A DNA stretch of 64,000 bases from Candidatus Poribacteria bacterium (GTDB taxonomy: Bacteria > Poribacteria > WGA-4E > WGA-3G). Positions 31,000 to 39,862 of the stretch are shown piece after piece. Numbering within the stretch: position 1 is the stretch's first letter; the number at the start of each line of letters is the position of its first letter. A program made the translations under genes and the position numbers. The DNA is taken from assembly GCA_965197475.1 (NCBI GenBank), contig CBDANF010000003.1, positions 224,001 to 288,000 on the forward strand, written 5' to 3'. Under the pieces are notes generated by a model. The model was not told the origin of the DNA. It was given only the letters and a program-made list of their open reading frames with translations, and searched no databases.

Positions 31000-32919
31000 A
31001 TGAAAAAGACAGACAAAGCTGAGTACGAGAAACGGCTTAACAAAATAACACAAATTTTTGAAGACCTTGTCGTCCATGCTGATGAACAGGCTACCTACCG
31101 CTGTCCTTATAAAAATCGGCTTGACCACTGCACGGCGAAATTCGGATGCCGAAACCAACGTAAGATTGATGAAGGTACCGGTCTCTTGTGTGTCGGAGAC
31201 GATAAGTTAGATTATCGTAGTGCTTGGGAAACGGATGATACCGACAAGATGGGACAGACACATAAGAAAGCAAGCGGCACAATTATATGTGACGGGAAGG
31301 TATATCAACTTACCCCTGGAAAAACCGTCTTTGACTACGCAGATGATTTAGCTGTACAAGTTCCTACCTCTTGCTTCCGAACAGGGCAATGCCACGAGTG
31401 TATCGTTGAGATCAAAAGTGGAATGGACAGTCTCCGTCCTCCTAACGAAGCAGAAACTTTCCTCAGAGATAACTACCGCCTTGCCTGCCAAGCAGTTGTT
31501 CTGGATGTTGATGTGCATATTGAATTCACACCGCTACGGCGCAGACCAAGGATTCTGACACATATCGGCACGGTCGACGCAAAATCTGAAAGCGATTCCC
31601 CTTCTTCTCTAAATCCACTGGTTACACATCGCGATGGAATTGTCTTTTATGAGGATGAACCCGTTGATCGGTACCGAGGACATCTCTTTGGACTCGCATT
31701 GGACATCGGTACAACAACTGTGGTGGCAAATCTGGTGAATTTAGAAAGTGGTGAGACAGTTTCAGTCAGCTCCTTTGAAAATCCGCAACGTTTCGGTGGC
31801 AGCGACATCATGCACCGAATTTCTTATGATGGTGAATTTGAAGGTGAGTTACGTAAATCGCTTATCGCCGCATTAAATAGCGAAATTGTGGACATGTGTG
31901 AAAGGCACGGCTTTGTTCGTCAGGAAATTTACGAAATCGTTGTTGCTGGCAACACAACGATGCGCGATATCTTCTTCAAACAGGATGTGCAGAGCATCGG
32001 GCAAAAGCCGTATAAATCTTTGATTGAGCATGAATTTCGCGAGGGCACCCGTTCAACAACATCACTTACTGAAAAATCGCGTCGGTTAGGTATTCGTTCC
32101 AATCCGAAAGCAATGGTATATAGTTTGCCGTTGATTGCAAGCCACGTTGGTGCGGATGTCGCAGCAGATTTGGTCACTATTGACATGCAATCCCAAGACG
32201 AAGTGATTATGTTAGTTGATGTCGGGACAAACACTGAAGTCGTTGTTGGGAATTCAAAGCGCATGGTTGCTGCTTCGTGTCCAGCCGGTCCAGCGTTTGA
32301 GGGAGGCGGTATTGAATACGGAATGCCTGCATACCCGGGTGCGATTGAGGCGGTGAGATGGATAGAAGGTAAGATTGACTATGAGACAATTGGAAACGAA
32401 ATGCCGCAAGGATTATGCGGTTCAGGTCTTATCTCCCTGCTGGCGGAACTGTGTCGGCACAATCAGATGACTCCAAAGGGCGTTTTTGCTGATAGAAAAC
32501 AGCGGATAATGCCGCTTTTACCTGAACACGGTATTACTTTCTCACGCGATGATGCGAGCAATTTAGCACAAGCGAAGGCAGCAAACTATTGTGGGCAATA
32601 TATTGTTTTACGTCATTTCGGATGTTCGCCGCAAGACATTACCAAACTCTTTTTAGCGGGCGGATTTGCGAACTATGTTAACACACAGGATGCCGTTGAG
32701 ATAGGTTTCCTCACACCCGTCTCTGAGGATCGAATTGTCAAAATTGGGAATGCTGCAGTAGGCGGTGCGAAAGCGGTATTGCTTTCAAGAGAAAAACGTG
32801 CGGATATTGAAGCTTTTGTCAAAAACATTGAGCATATTGAACTCGAAACGACACCAGATTTCTTTGAAATATTTGTAGAGGGATGTCAATTCAAACCGAT
32901 GCCTACAGATATTAGTTAG
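31000..32919 (+). CDS. Reductive activator of corrinoid proteins (RACo/DUF4445, ASKHA ATPase) with 2Fe-2S domain
   Basis: C-FRTGQC-HEC...RLACQ ferredoxin, DIGTTT, DVGTNTE, AGPAFEG, GLCGSG and AGGFA. Confidence 0.88.
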   Translation: MKKTDKAEYEKRLNKITQIFEDLVVHADEQATYRCPYKNRLDHCTAKFGCRNQRKIDEGTGLLCVGDDKLDYRSAWETDDTDKMGQTHKKASGTIICDGKVYQLTPGKTVFDYADDLAVQVPTSCFRTGQCHECIVEIKSGMDSLRPPNEAETFLRDNYRLACQAVVLDVDVHIEFTPLRRRPRILTHIGTVDAKSESDSPSSLNPLVTHRDGIVFYEDEPVDRYRGHLFGLALDIGTTTVVANLVNLESGETVSVSSFENPQRFGGSDIMHRISYDGEFEGELRKSLIAALNSEIVDMCERHGFVRQEIYEIVVAGNTTMRDIFFKQDVQSIGQKPYKSLIEHEFREGTRSTTSLTEKSRRLGIRSNPKAMVYSLPLIASHVGADVAADLVTIDMQSQDEVIMLVDVGTNTEVVVGNSKRMVAASCPAGPAFEGGGIEYGMPAYPGAIEAVRWIEGKIDYETIGNEMPQGLCGSGLISLLAELCRHNQMTPKGVFADRKQRIMPLLPEHGITFSRDDASNLAQAKAANYCGQYIVLRHFGCSPQDITKLFLAGGFANYVNTQDAVEIGFLTPVSEDRIVKIGNAAVGGAKAVLLSREKRADIEAFVKNIEHIELETTPDFFEIFVEGCQFKPMPTDIS

Positions 32920-32942
32920 TGAAAACGGAGGAGACACAATAA

Positions 32943-33938
32943 GTGATAGAGTTCCGTGAACGTTTGAAATCTGACATACCGATTCTATATGATGGCGGAT
33001 TTGGGTCGCAGCTCTTTGATCGCGACATACAACTCGCCAATAGTGCGCTTGCCAACGAATCGCACCCTGCAGATGTTGTCGGCATCCATTCAGATTATAT
33101 CAATGCTGGGGCAGATGCTATCGGCACAAATACATTTGTTGTTTCCCCACTTCACTTGCAAATGGCTGGTCAGGATAAATCGGATGCACAACGACTCACA
33201 CGGCTTGGGGTTCAACATGCAAAGAAAGCAGTTGCGGAGAGTGAAAGTGAAGTTTACATTACCGGTTCTGTTGGGCCATCGCCAGGTGCGATTGAAGCAG
33301 ATAGTGGTGATACCACCTTCGGTATTGCAAATGCTGAAGTTCGGGATGCACATAAACTGGTAATCCACACGCTTGCAGAAGAGGGTGTGGATTTTCTCTG
33401 TCTTGAAACGATGTTTTCAGCGAAAGAAGCAGCGATTGCTGTTGATATCGCCCGAGAAACTGGACTTCCAATAGCAGTAAACTTGACATACAAATGGACA
33501 AAAGAACGCCGATCCGGCAATATAGTATATAAAACCGACTGGGGGCATTCCGCTTTAGACTTGCTGCATCTCCTTGCGAGTGGAGAGTTTTCAAGTGGAG
33601 ACTCACTCTTAGATTACGTCAATATCATCGGTCTAAACTGCGGTGCGGAATCAAAGCGCGCCGAACATACGGGGATGCCTTACGCTATCACTGGAACCGA
33701 GCAACTACGTGCCGCATTGACAGAGATGGAGATTAACGGCATACGGATGATGGCATATCCAAACGCTGGCATGCCCGAACTTGATGAAAATTATAAAACT
33801 GTCTATACGCAGACCCCTGACGAGATGAAAGGTTATATCCCCGCTCTCATAGAAGCGGGCGCATACCTTATCGGCGGCTGTTGTGGCACGACTCCTGCAC
33901 ATATCAAAGCGTTCCGTGAGGCAATTGATGTAGACTAA
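32943..33938 (+). CDS. Homocysteine S-methyltransferase domain protein (MetH N-terminal-like)
   Basis: YDGGFGS, AGADAIGTNTF, GLNC, YPNAG and IGGCCGTTPAHI. Confidence 0.9.
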   Translation: MIEFRERLKSDIPILYDGGFGSQLFDRDIQLANSALANESHPADVVGIHSDYINAGADAIGTNTFVVSPLHLQMAGQDKSDAQRLTRLGVQHAKKAVAESESEVYITGSVGPSPGAIEADSGDTTFGIANAEVRDAHKLVIHTLAEEGVDFLCLETMFSAKEAAIAVDIARETGLPIAVNLTYKWTKERRSGNIVYKTDWGHSALDLLHLLASGEFSSGDSLLDYVNIIGLNCGAESKRAEHTGMPYAITGTEQLRAALTEMEINGIRMMAYPNAGMPELDENYKTVYTQTPDEMKGYIPALIEAGAYLIGGCCGTTPAHIKAFREAIDVD

Positions 33939-33985
33939 CTTACGATTCGGACTTGAATTGTTTCATTCTTAAGATAAAAGAGATC

Positions 33986-34624
33986 ATGCGAACACGCGTT
34001 AAAATTTGTGGCATTACCAATCTTGAAGATGCAGAAACAGCAGTTGCAGCAGGAGCAGATGCTCTCGGATTTATTTTTGTCCCAGAGACACCACGTTACA
34101 TTAAACCCACCGAAGCAGCTCAAATCATGCGGATGTTACCACCTTTTATTACGACAGTTGGGGTCTTCAGAAATGCTGAACACAAGATAGTTGAGGATAT
34201 TGCAGCGCAATGTGGTTTAACGGCTGTTCAATTACACGGAACAGAATCACCGGAATTTTGCACGCAACTCTCATTACCTGTTATTAAGGTATTTGAATTA
34301 CAAAGCGAAGAGGATTTACAAACCTTGCATGATTACGAGGTGAGTGCTTATCTCGTAGATAAACCAAAATCGATCTCCTCAGGCACGATCAATTTGGAAT
34401 TGGCACTGAAGGCGCGACATCACACGAGAAAGTTGATTCTTGCAGGCGGTTTAACCCCAGAAAATGTTGCAGAGGTAATCCAATATGTTAAGCCTTATGC
34501 AGTTGACGTTGCAAGCGGAGTCGAATCGGAGAAACGCAAGAAGGATTCAAGAAAAATTATGGCGTTCATCAGAGCTGTTAGGGAAACTGATGCGAAATTG
34601 CCTATGGATCAGGAGTGGAACTAA
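33986..34624 (+). CDS. trpF: Phosphoribosylanthranilate isomerase
   Basis: VKICGIT, VQLHG, LAGGL and VDVASGVE. Confidence 0.93.
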   Translation: MRTRVKICGITNLEDAETAVAAGADALGFIFVPETPRYIKPTEAAQIMRMLPPFITTVGVFRNAEHKIVEDIAAQCGLTAVQLHGTESPEFCTQLSLPVIKVFELQSEEDLQTLHDYEVSAYLVDKPKSISSGTINLELALKARHHTRKLILAGGLTPENVAEVIQYVKPYAVDVASGVESEKRKKDSRKIMAFIRAVRETDAKLPMDQEWN

Positions 34625-34632
34625 GAAGAACG

Positions 34633-35139
34633 ATGAAAACCATAACGCTGACCTATAAAAGACTACCTGATCGGGTCAATTATTTTCAACAGCAGTTGCT
34701 TTACGAAAACAAAGAGGTTATTGTCACATCTCAGCGGGTAAAACCTTCTTCACCAATCGTTTTGAACGGTGAGACAGTTTTAGGAGATAATTTCACAGCA
34801 GTCTGGTTTGTATTTACAGGATTGTGGTATGACATCGGTAAAATCTATAATCTTAATAATGAATGGACCGGCTATTATTGTGATATAATAATGCCTACCA
34901 AGCGGAGTTCAGATGAATTCGAGATTGTTGACCTGTTTCTTGATTTGTGGGTATCACCCGATGGTAGTTATGAAATCCAAGATGAGGACGAATTTGAAAC
35001 TGCCCTTGCAGAAGGTGTTATCGGCACCGAATTAGCAGAGAAAACCCGGAATGCCCTAAACGACTTAATCAATGAGGTTGCATCAGGAAGATTTCCACCT
35101 GAATTTGTGAAAAACTTTCCAATTTCTATTAACAATTAA
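34633..35139 (+). CDS. DUF402 family protein
   Basis: GYYCDI, VDLFLDLWV and DEDEF. Confidence 0.8.
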   Translation: MKTITLTYKRLPDRVNYFQQQLLYENKEVIVTSQRVKPSSPIVLNGETVLGDNFTAVWFVFTGLWYDIGKIYNLNNEWTGYYCDIIMPTKRSSDEFEIVDLFLDLWVSPDGSYEIQDEDEFETALAEGVIGTELAEKTRNALNDLINEVASGRFPPEFVKNFPISINN

Positions 35140-35186
35140 TGGTATTATTCCGTTACATTGATTGAAAATGCCTATGGAGTTTTGAC

Positions 35187-36398
35187 ATGGCAATTTTAGC
35201 AATAAATAGCGGTGAACCTATCCGCACTAAGCCTTATCCAACGTGGCCCACTCTTGATTCCGCTGATTTAGAGGTGTTTGAGAGTATCTACAACAGCGGG
35301 CAATGGGGTGCTGGTGAGACAAAAGTTCCTGAATTTGCGAAACAATTTGCTGAATTTCAAGGTGCAAAATATGGCGTTTGCGTCAATAGCGGTACTTCCG
35401 CACTCTATATTGCCTTAAAAGCGGCTGATGTAGGTCCAGGCGATGAGGTAATTACCACCGCGTATACATTTCAAGCTACTGTTGTCGCTATTCTGATGGC
35501 ACACGCCGTGCCTGTTTTTGTTGATACCGCGCCTGATAGTTTTCTGTTAGATGTTTCTAAAATTGAAGACGTGATTACGGAGAAGACGAAAATAATTCTA
35601 CCGGTTCACATTGGGGGATACCCAGCTGATCTTGATGCGCTTGTAGATATTGCTAATCGACATAACCTTAAGATTATTGAGGATTGTGCGCAAGCGCATG
35701 GTGCAGAATGGCGTGGCAGGGGTGTGGGGAGTTGGGGACATTTCGGATGCTTCAGTTTTCAATCATCCAAGAACCTTTGTGCTGGTGAAGGTGGCATCAT
35801 TCTGATGAATGATAGAGAACTCTATGAACGGGCATGGGCATTGCACAACTGTGGACGTCCGGCACCGAATGCAGAATTCGGTAATATAGAACCGTTCGGT
35901 GGAAATTTCAGAATGACAGAATGGCAAGGAGCACTTCTTCTTTCACGTTTAGCGAGACTTGAAGCGGAAACTAACTACAGACACATGAATATGCGCTGGT
36001 TAGATGGATGGTTTGGTGAAATTCCGGGTATAAAGGTTACGCCGCTTGACCCACGTGCGACCCGATGTGGTTCGCATGGCTATAAGGCAATTTTCAATTC
36101 TGAGGAGTTTGAGGGTATCTCACGCAAAATGTTTCTTGATGCAATACGTGCTGAAGGTATTCCTATCGGGTATTGGTATAACACACCGATGTATCGCGCC
36201 TCGTTCCTAAAATCTAACCTGTTTGGTCAAAACCTTGACTATTCGGATGTTGAATGTCCTGAAACTGAGAAATTATGTCAAACAGGCCTTGCCCTTGGTC
36301 AAAATGTTTTGATGGGAAGTGAAGAGGATATGGAAGACATCATCAAGGCTGCCGTGAAAATTCGCCGTAATGTAGGCGAATTGAAAGAAGGTTCATAA
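35187..36398 (+). CDS. DegT/DnrJ/EryC1/StrS PLP aminotransferase
   Basis: NSGTSAL, EDCAQAHG, FSFQSSKNL, GEGG and NFRMTE. Confidence 0.92.
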   Translation: MAILAINSGEPIRTKPYPTWPTLDSADLEVFESIYNSGQWGAGETKVPEFAKQFAEFQGAKYGVCVNSGTSALYIALKAADVGPGDEVITTAYTFQATVVAILMAHAVPVFVDTAPDSFLLDVSKIEDVITEKTKIILPVHIGGYPADLDALVDIANRHNLKIIEDCAQAHGAEWRGRGVGSWGHFGCFSFQSSKNLCAGEGGIILMNDRELYERAWALHNCGRPAPNAEFGNIEPFGGNFRMTEWQGALLLSRLARLEAETNYRHMNMRWLDGWFGEIPGIKVTPLDPRATRCGSHGYKAIFNSEEFEGISRKMFLDAIRAEGIPIGYWYNTPMYRASFLKSNLFGQNLDYSDVECPETEKLCQTGLALGQNVLMGSEEDMEDIIKAAVKIRRNVGELKEGS

Positions 36399-36555
36399 TA
36401 CATTAATTTTACATTTATTCCTATCTTTTCATCCCTTCACAGTCATCAATTAGGACAAAATTAGAAAAAATGCTATTTTTCTGAAAATTTTACTATCTTT
36501 TCTGTATGTGAGAGACTCTATAATATCAAATGCGTCCATATTAAGGAGATTTAAA

Positions 36556-37104
36556 ATGAGTAATGAACGTGAAACCCAAAAGGAAGTTCGGAGAATTGTC
36601 CGAATGTTAGAGGCAACAACAAGGCTTCTTGAGAAACCTTCTGTTTTAGACAATTTTTCGAATGGTGAAGCAAGGTGCATCCGACAATTCAACAACGCGC
36701 TGGCACGCTTAAATGATTTGGAGGCACTGCCAGAGGGATTATTTGAACCTTTAAATGAAGATGCATCCGTTGGTGACATCGGCTATGCATATCATCAAGT
36801 TGCCACGTATCTCAAAGAAGGGATGAATAATTTCGATTTCGACTTTAAGCGAGAGAAGGAAACGATCGGCAATGTGATGAAAGATGTTGGGGATGTTGTA
36901 GCTCGCAACATCTTTAGTGCAAGGGAAATGGATTCAGAGGAGGATCAATCTTCGGAATCTACAATTGAGATTGTTGAAGTAGAGGAAGATAAACCCGATC
37001 CCGTTGAACCGCGCCTTGACAAATTAGAGGAGCAGATGGGAACTGTTGTTGAGATACTTCAAGAACTTCGATCCAAAAAGGCAAAAAAAGATGAAAAGAA
37101 GTAG
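36556..37104 (+). CDS. Hypothetical protein
   Basis: AAGGAG RBS; helical with a C-terminal coiled coil. Confidence 0.7.
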   Translation: MSNERETQKEVRRIVRMLEATTRLLEKPSVLDNFSNGEARCIRQFNNALARLNDLEALPEGLFEPLNEDASVGDIGYAYHQVATYLKEGMNNFDFDFKREKETIGNVMKDVGDVVARNIFSAREMDSEEDQSSESTIEIVEVEEDKPDPVEPRLDKLEEQMGTVVEILQELRSKKAKKDEKK

Positions 37105-37326
37105 AGCAAACATCACTCGCGCATGATGAAGTGTTGAATATTGTTCAGCAATAGCATAGTATGAAAGCGCGCTTTGCAACAATCAATATCAAAGAGTTTT
37201 AAGCTCCTCAGGATATTGCTGAGTAATACCGAAACTTATGAAAGGCATCATATACCGTTGTTTTGGGAAATCTATATCAAGCATTTGTAAAAAAACAGAT
37301 GTATACCGAATTATAGGAGAAACACC

Positions 37327-38115
37327 ATGAAACGCAAACAATACTAGGGGCTTGCCTCTCTCATCATTTTACTGGCTGCAGCCGCCGTGTTGTGGGTTCG
37401 ACACGAACGCGCAGATATCCGGCAACTTGAACAGGAAGCTGCTGAGGCAGACAAACTGTTAGAGGAAAGCGAGAAGGAAAAAGAAATACCAGAGGAAGTA
37501 AACGTTGGCAGTGTCGACACTAAAGAAGATAATAAAGGAAAGGTCTCTGATGCTGATGTAGAGAAATTTCTTAAGGCACTTGCTGCGGAGGGAAAAGTCT
37601 CTGATGCTGATGTAGAGAAATTACTCAAAGAGGTTGCTGCAGAGAAGGAAGAAGAGGAAAAGGAAGACCTCTCGGCTGAAGAGATGGCAAAACGAGAAAA
37701 TCGGCGAAAGGCGAAGGAACTCTGGGAAAAAATAGGCAAAATAATACAGGGTGCTGGTGGCGGTATACACTCTTCTACGCACCCAGAAGAAATGCAAGAG
37801 TTGGTTCGCCTTATTGAAGGAGCCGCAGGAGGTCCCACCATACTTACCGAGATGAATAATACAGCAATGATGCTCCAGAAATATATAAACGCAAACGGTG
37901 AGGTGCGTACTTCCGATCTCTTAAAAATAGCAGATTACTATGAATCAGAACTCGGCGAACTTGGCGAACTCATCGATCCCCGTACCGCAACAGTTTATCG
38001 CAACATGGCACGATATGCCACCATTAAAGGCTGCGAGGTAATTAATCTCTACGAGATCATAAATGCTGACGATTTTGAAGAAGTTCTGAAGGCTCACGAT
38101 GAGTCGACCAAATGA
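37327..38115 (+). pseudogene. N-anchored acidic protein with an in-frame TAG at codon 7
   Basis: AGGAG RBS, then MKRKQY*GLASLIILLAAAAVLWV in frame with the 37387-38115 ORF; internal GKVSDADVEK duplication. Confidence 0.7.
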
Positions 38116-38184
38116 TGCCCAAGCCTCGGAGGACTTTTACGACATTAAGTCTCTATTCCTTACAATAATAATCAAAACTGCGTA

Positions 38185-38275
38185 ATACCAAATTAACCGG
38201 ATTTATCTTATTTTTCTGGGTATTAGGCGCGCTTACAAAGCGTGCCTACCGAGTGAGATCAAGTTAATTTGATAT
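38185..38275 (+). mobile_element. 91-bp MITE-like element, copy 2
   Basis: Near-identical to 15512-15602, with one TIR mismatch. Confidence 0.85.
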
Positions 38276-38287
38276 AAGTCTAATTTT

Positions 38288-38385
38288 GTGCCCTATCTCT
38301 TTCGTGGTCACTCTTATGCGAAAATCAGCGAATACGAAAAATCTATTACCGATTTTAACGAGGCAAAAGAACTGGATCAGAAATT
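38288..38385 (+). pseudogene. Single TPR remnant
   Basis: PYLFRGHSYAKISEYEKSITDFNEAKELD, immediately after the MITE. Confidence 0.5.
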
Positions 38386-38516
38386 AACTGAAGACTCATA
38401 CCCACGTTTTTTATTTCCAATGCCTGTGTTAATCCGCCAGCCTGACATATATCTATGCCCAGCACTGCACAGTTGGGAAGTAGATTTATTACCCTAATAT
38501 TGTCATACGAGAAAAA

Positions 38517-38932
38517 ATGCAATTCCCAACAAATTAATACTACCAACCACACTAATTCTTTTATCCCTCACCATCGGCTGCGGTCCTGACTCGGAGTTCA
38601 AAAGCCCTTGCAAGGGGTCTTGGATTTCGCGGTGCGCGGCAAATACCAAAATCATTATAATTGGTCCCTATAGGACAGAGTGTCCAAGTTTTTCTGGAGA
38701 AGATTGCTATCTCGAATTCAACGAGGAGAGGCAGCGGTGGGAGTTTTTCTATGAAGGCATACGGGGATTTAACTTTGAGCCAGGATTTATCTATAGGCTG
38801 AAAGTCAGTCTCCATGAACGACCTGAGGGGATTCAGGATGTGGGACGGTATGAATATCGTCTCGTAGAAGTGATAAGCGAGGAGGAAGCATCGATTGATG
38901 AGAGACCTCCGCGAAAACCGTCAACAGAGTAG
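38517..38932 (+). pseudogene. DUF4377-like lipoprotein with its start codon out of frame (absent from the ORF track)
   Basis: Manual translation KLILPTTLILLSLTIGC (lipobox)...IGPYRTEC...CYLEF...IRGFNFEPGFIYRLKV...YEYRLVEVIS. ATG 38517 needs one extra base near CCC 38525-38527. Confidence 0.7.
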
Positions 38933-38966
38933 TCAAACCCTATCGGTATGCTTTGCATGCACAACA

Positions 38967-39788
38967 CTATCTTCCATGAATCGCTCGTAGATCTAGCCGG
39001 GCATCAACATCATCCGATACAGCATTTGTCCAATCCACATCGTCAGTGCTTTGCAAACTCATCAGTGCAACGTTTACCATCGGGTTTGAGAGAGAATAGT
39101 TGAGTAGAAAACTATCCACATCAACCGCTGCCATCTCGTTGGGAAAGCAGTGTTTCATAAGATTTTGGAAAACATTACTTGTAGTGGAGCGCATCAGTAC
39201 AATACCCATGTCTTGTGCGACAGCATCAGGAATGACACCGCGTCTGCCGAATGTATCACAAGTGTTTTGATACATCAGATTGTAATGGATTTGCATCATA
39301 TCAAACTCACCAGTGGCAATCAGTTGTTCTGTGCCTCCAGAAGGACCATCCGCAGAAAATCCGATAAACCGCACTTTTCCCTCTTCCTTCAGCTTGAGAT
39401 ATTTTTCCAAGCCTCCACCGTTCAGAATCTGTTCCGTTTCTTTTGCATAGAACCAACCACCATGAAATTGAATCACATCAATATAATCAGTGCCGAGTCG
39501 TTGTAAGCTGCCTGCCACATCCGCTGCAATACCATCTGGATCAAACGCCTCCGTTTTGGTTGCGACGATACAAGCGTCCCGACGATCTGCTATCGCCTTA
39601 CCGATAACTGTTTCGCTGTAACCGCCACCGTAGGTAGGTGCCGTGTCTATGAAGTTCAGTCCGTGGTCTATGGCGTAATGGATCATATTGACAAGCGACT
39701 TTTCATCATGCTCTGGACGAACTCGACCGCCACCGTAGCCGATTTCTGAAACACGGAGTCCGGTTTTACCGAGTGTGCAATACTGCAT
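38967..39788 (-). CDS. Aldo/keto reductase
   Basis: LGKTGLRVSEIG, IDTAPTYG, ATK and SLQRLGTDYID..QFH. Confidence 0.92.
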   Translation of the reverse strand: MQYCTLGKTGLRVSEIGYGGGRVRPEHDEKSLVNMIHYAIDHGLNFIDTAPTYGGGYSETVIGKAIADRRDACIVATKTEAFDPDGIAADVAGSLQRLGTDYIDVIQFHGGWFYAKETEQILNGGGLEKYLKLKEEGKVRFIGFSADGPSGGTEQLIATGEFDMMQIHYNLMYQNTCDTFGRRGVIPDAVAQDMGIVLMRSTTSNVFQNLMKHCFPNEMAAVDVDSFLLNYSLSNPMVNVALMSLQSTDDVDWTNAVSDDVDARLDLRAIHGR

Positions 39789-39862
39789 AATAAGTGAATC
39801 TCCTCTCGCCCAATTTAGCGGGAATACATTACCGTTGCCCTATCCTAAACTAAGGATTGTTC

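Noticed and set aside
37345-37347. Pyrrolysine or amber recoding linked to the corrinoid genes
   Set aside because: No pyl genes are seen, TAG is used as a normal stop elsewhere, and the position fits a Trp-to-stop mutation.
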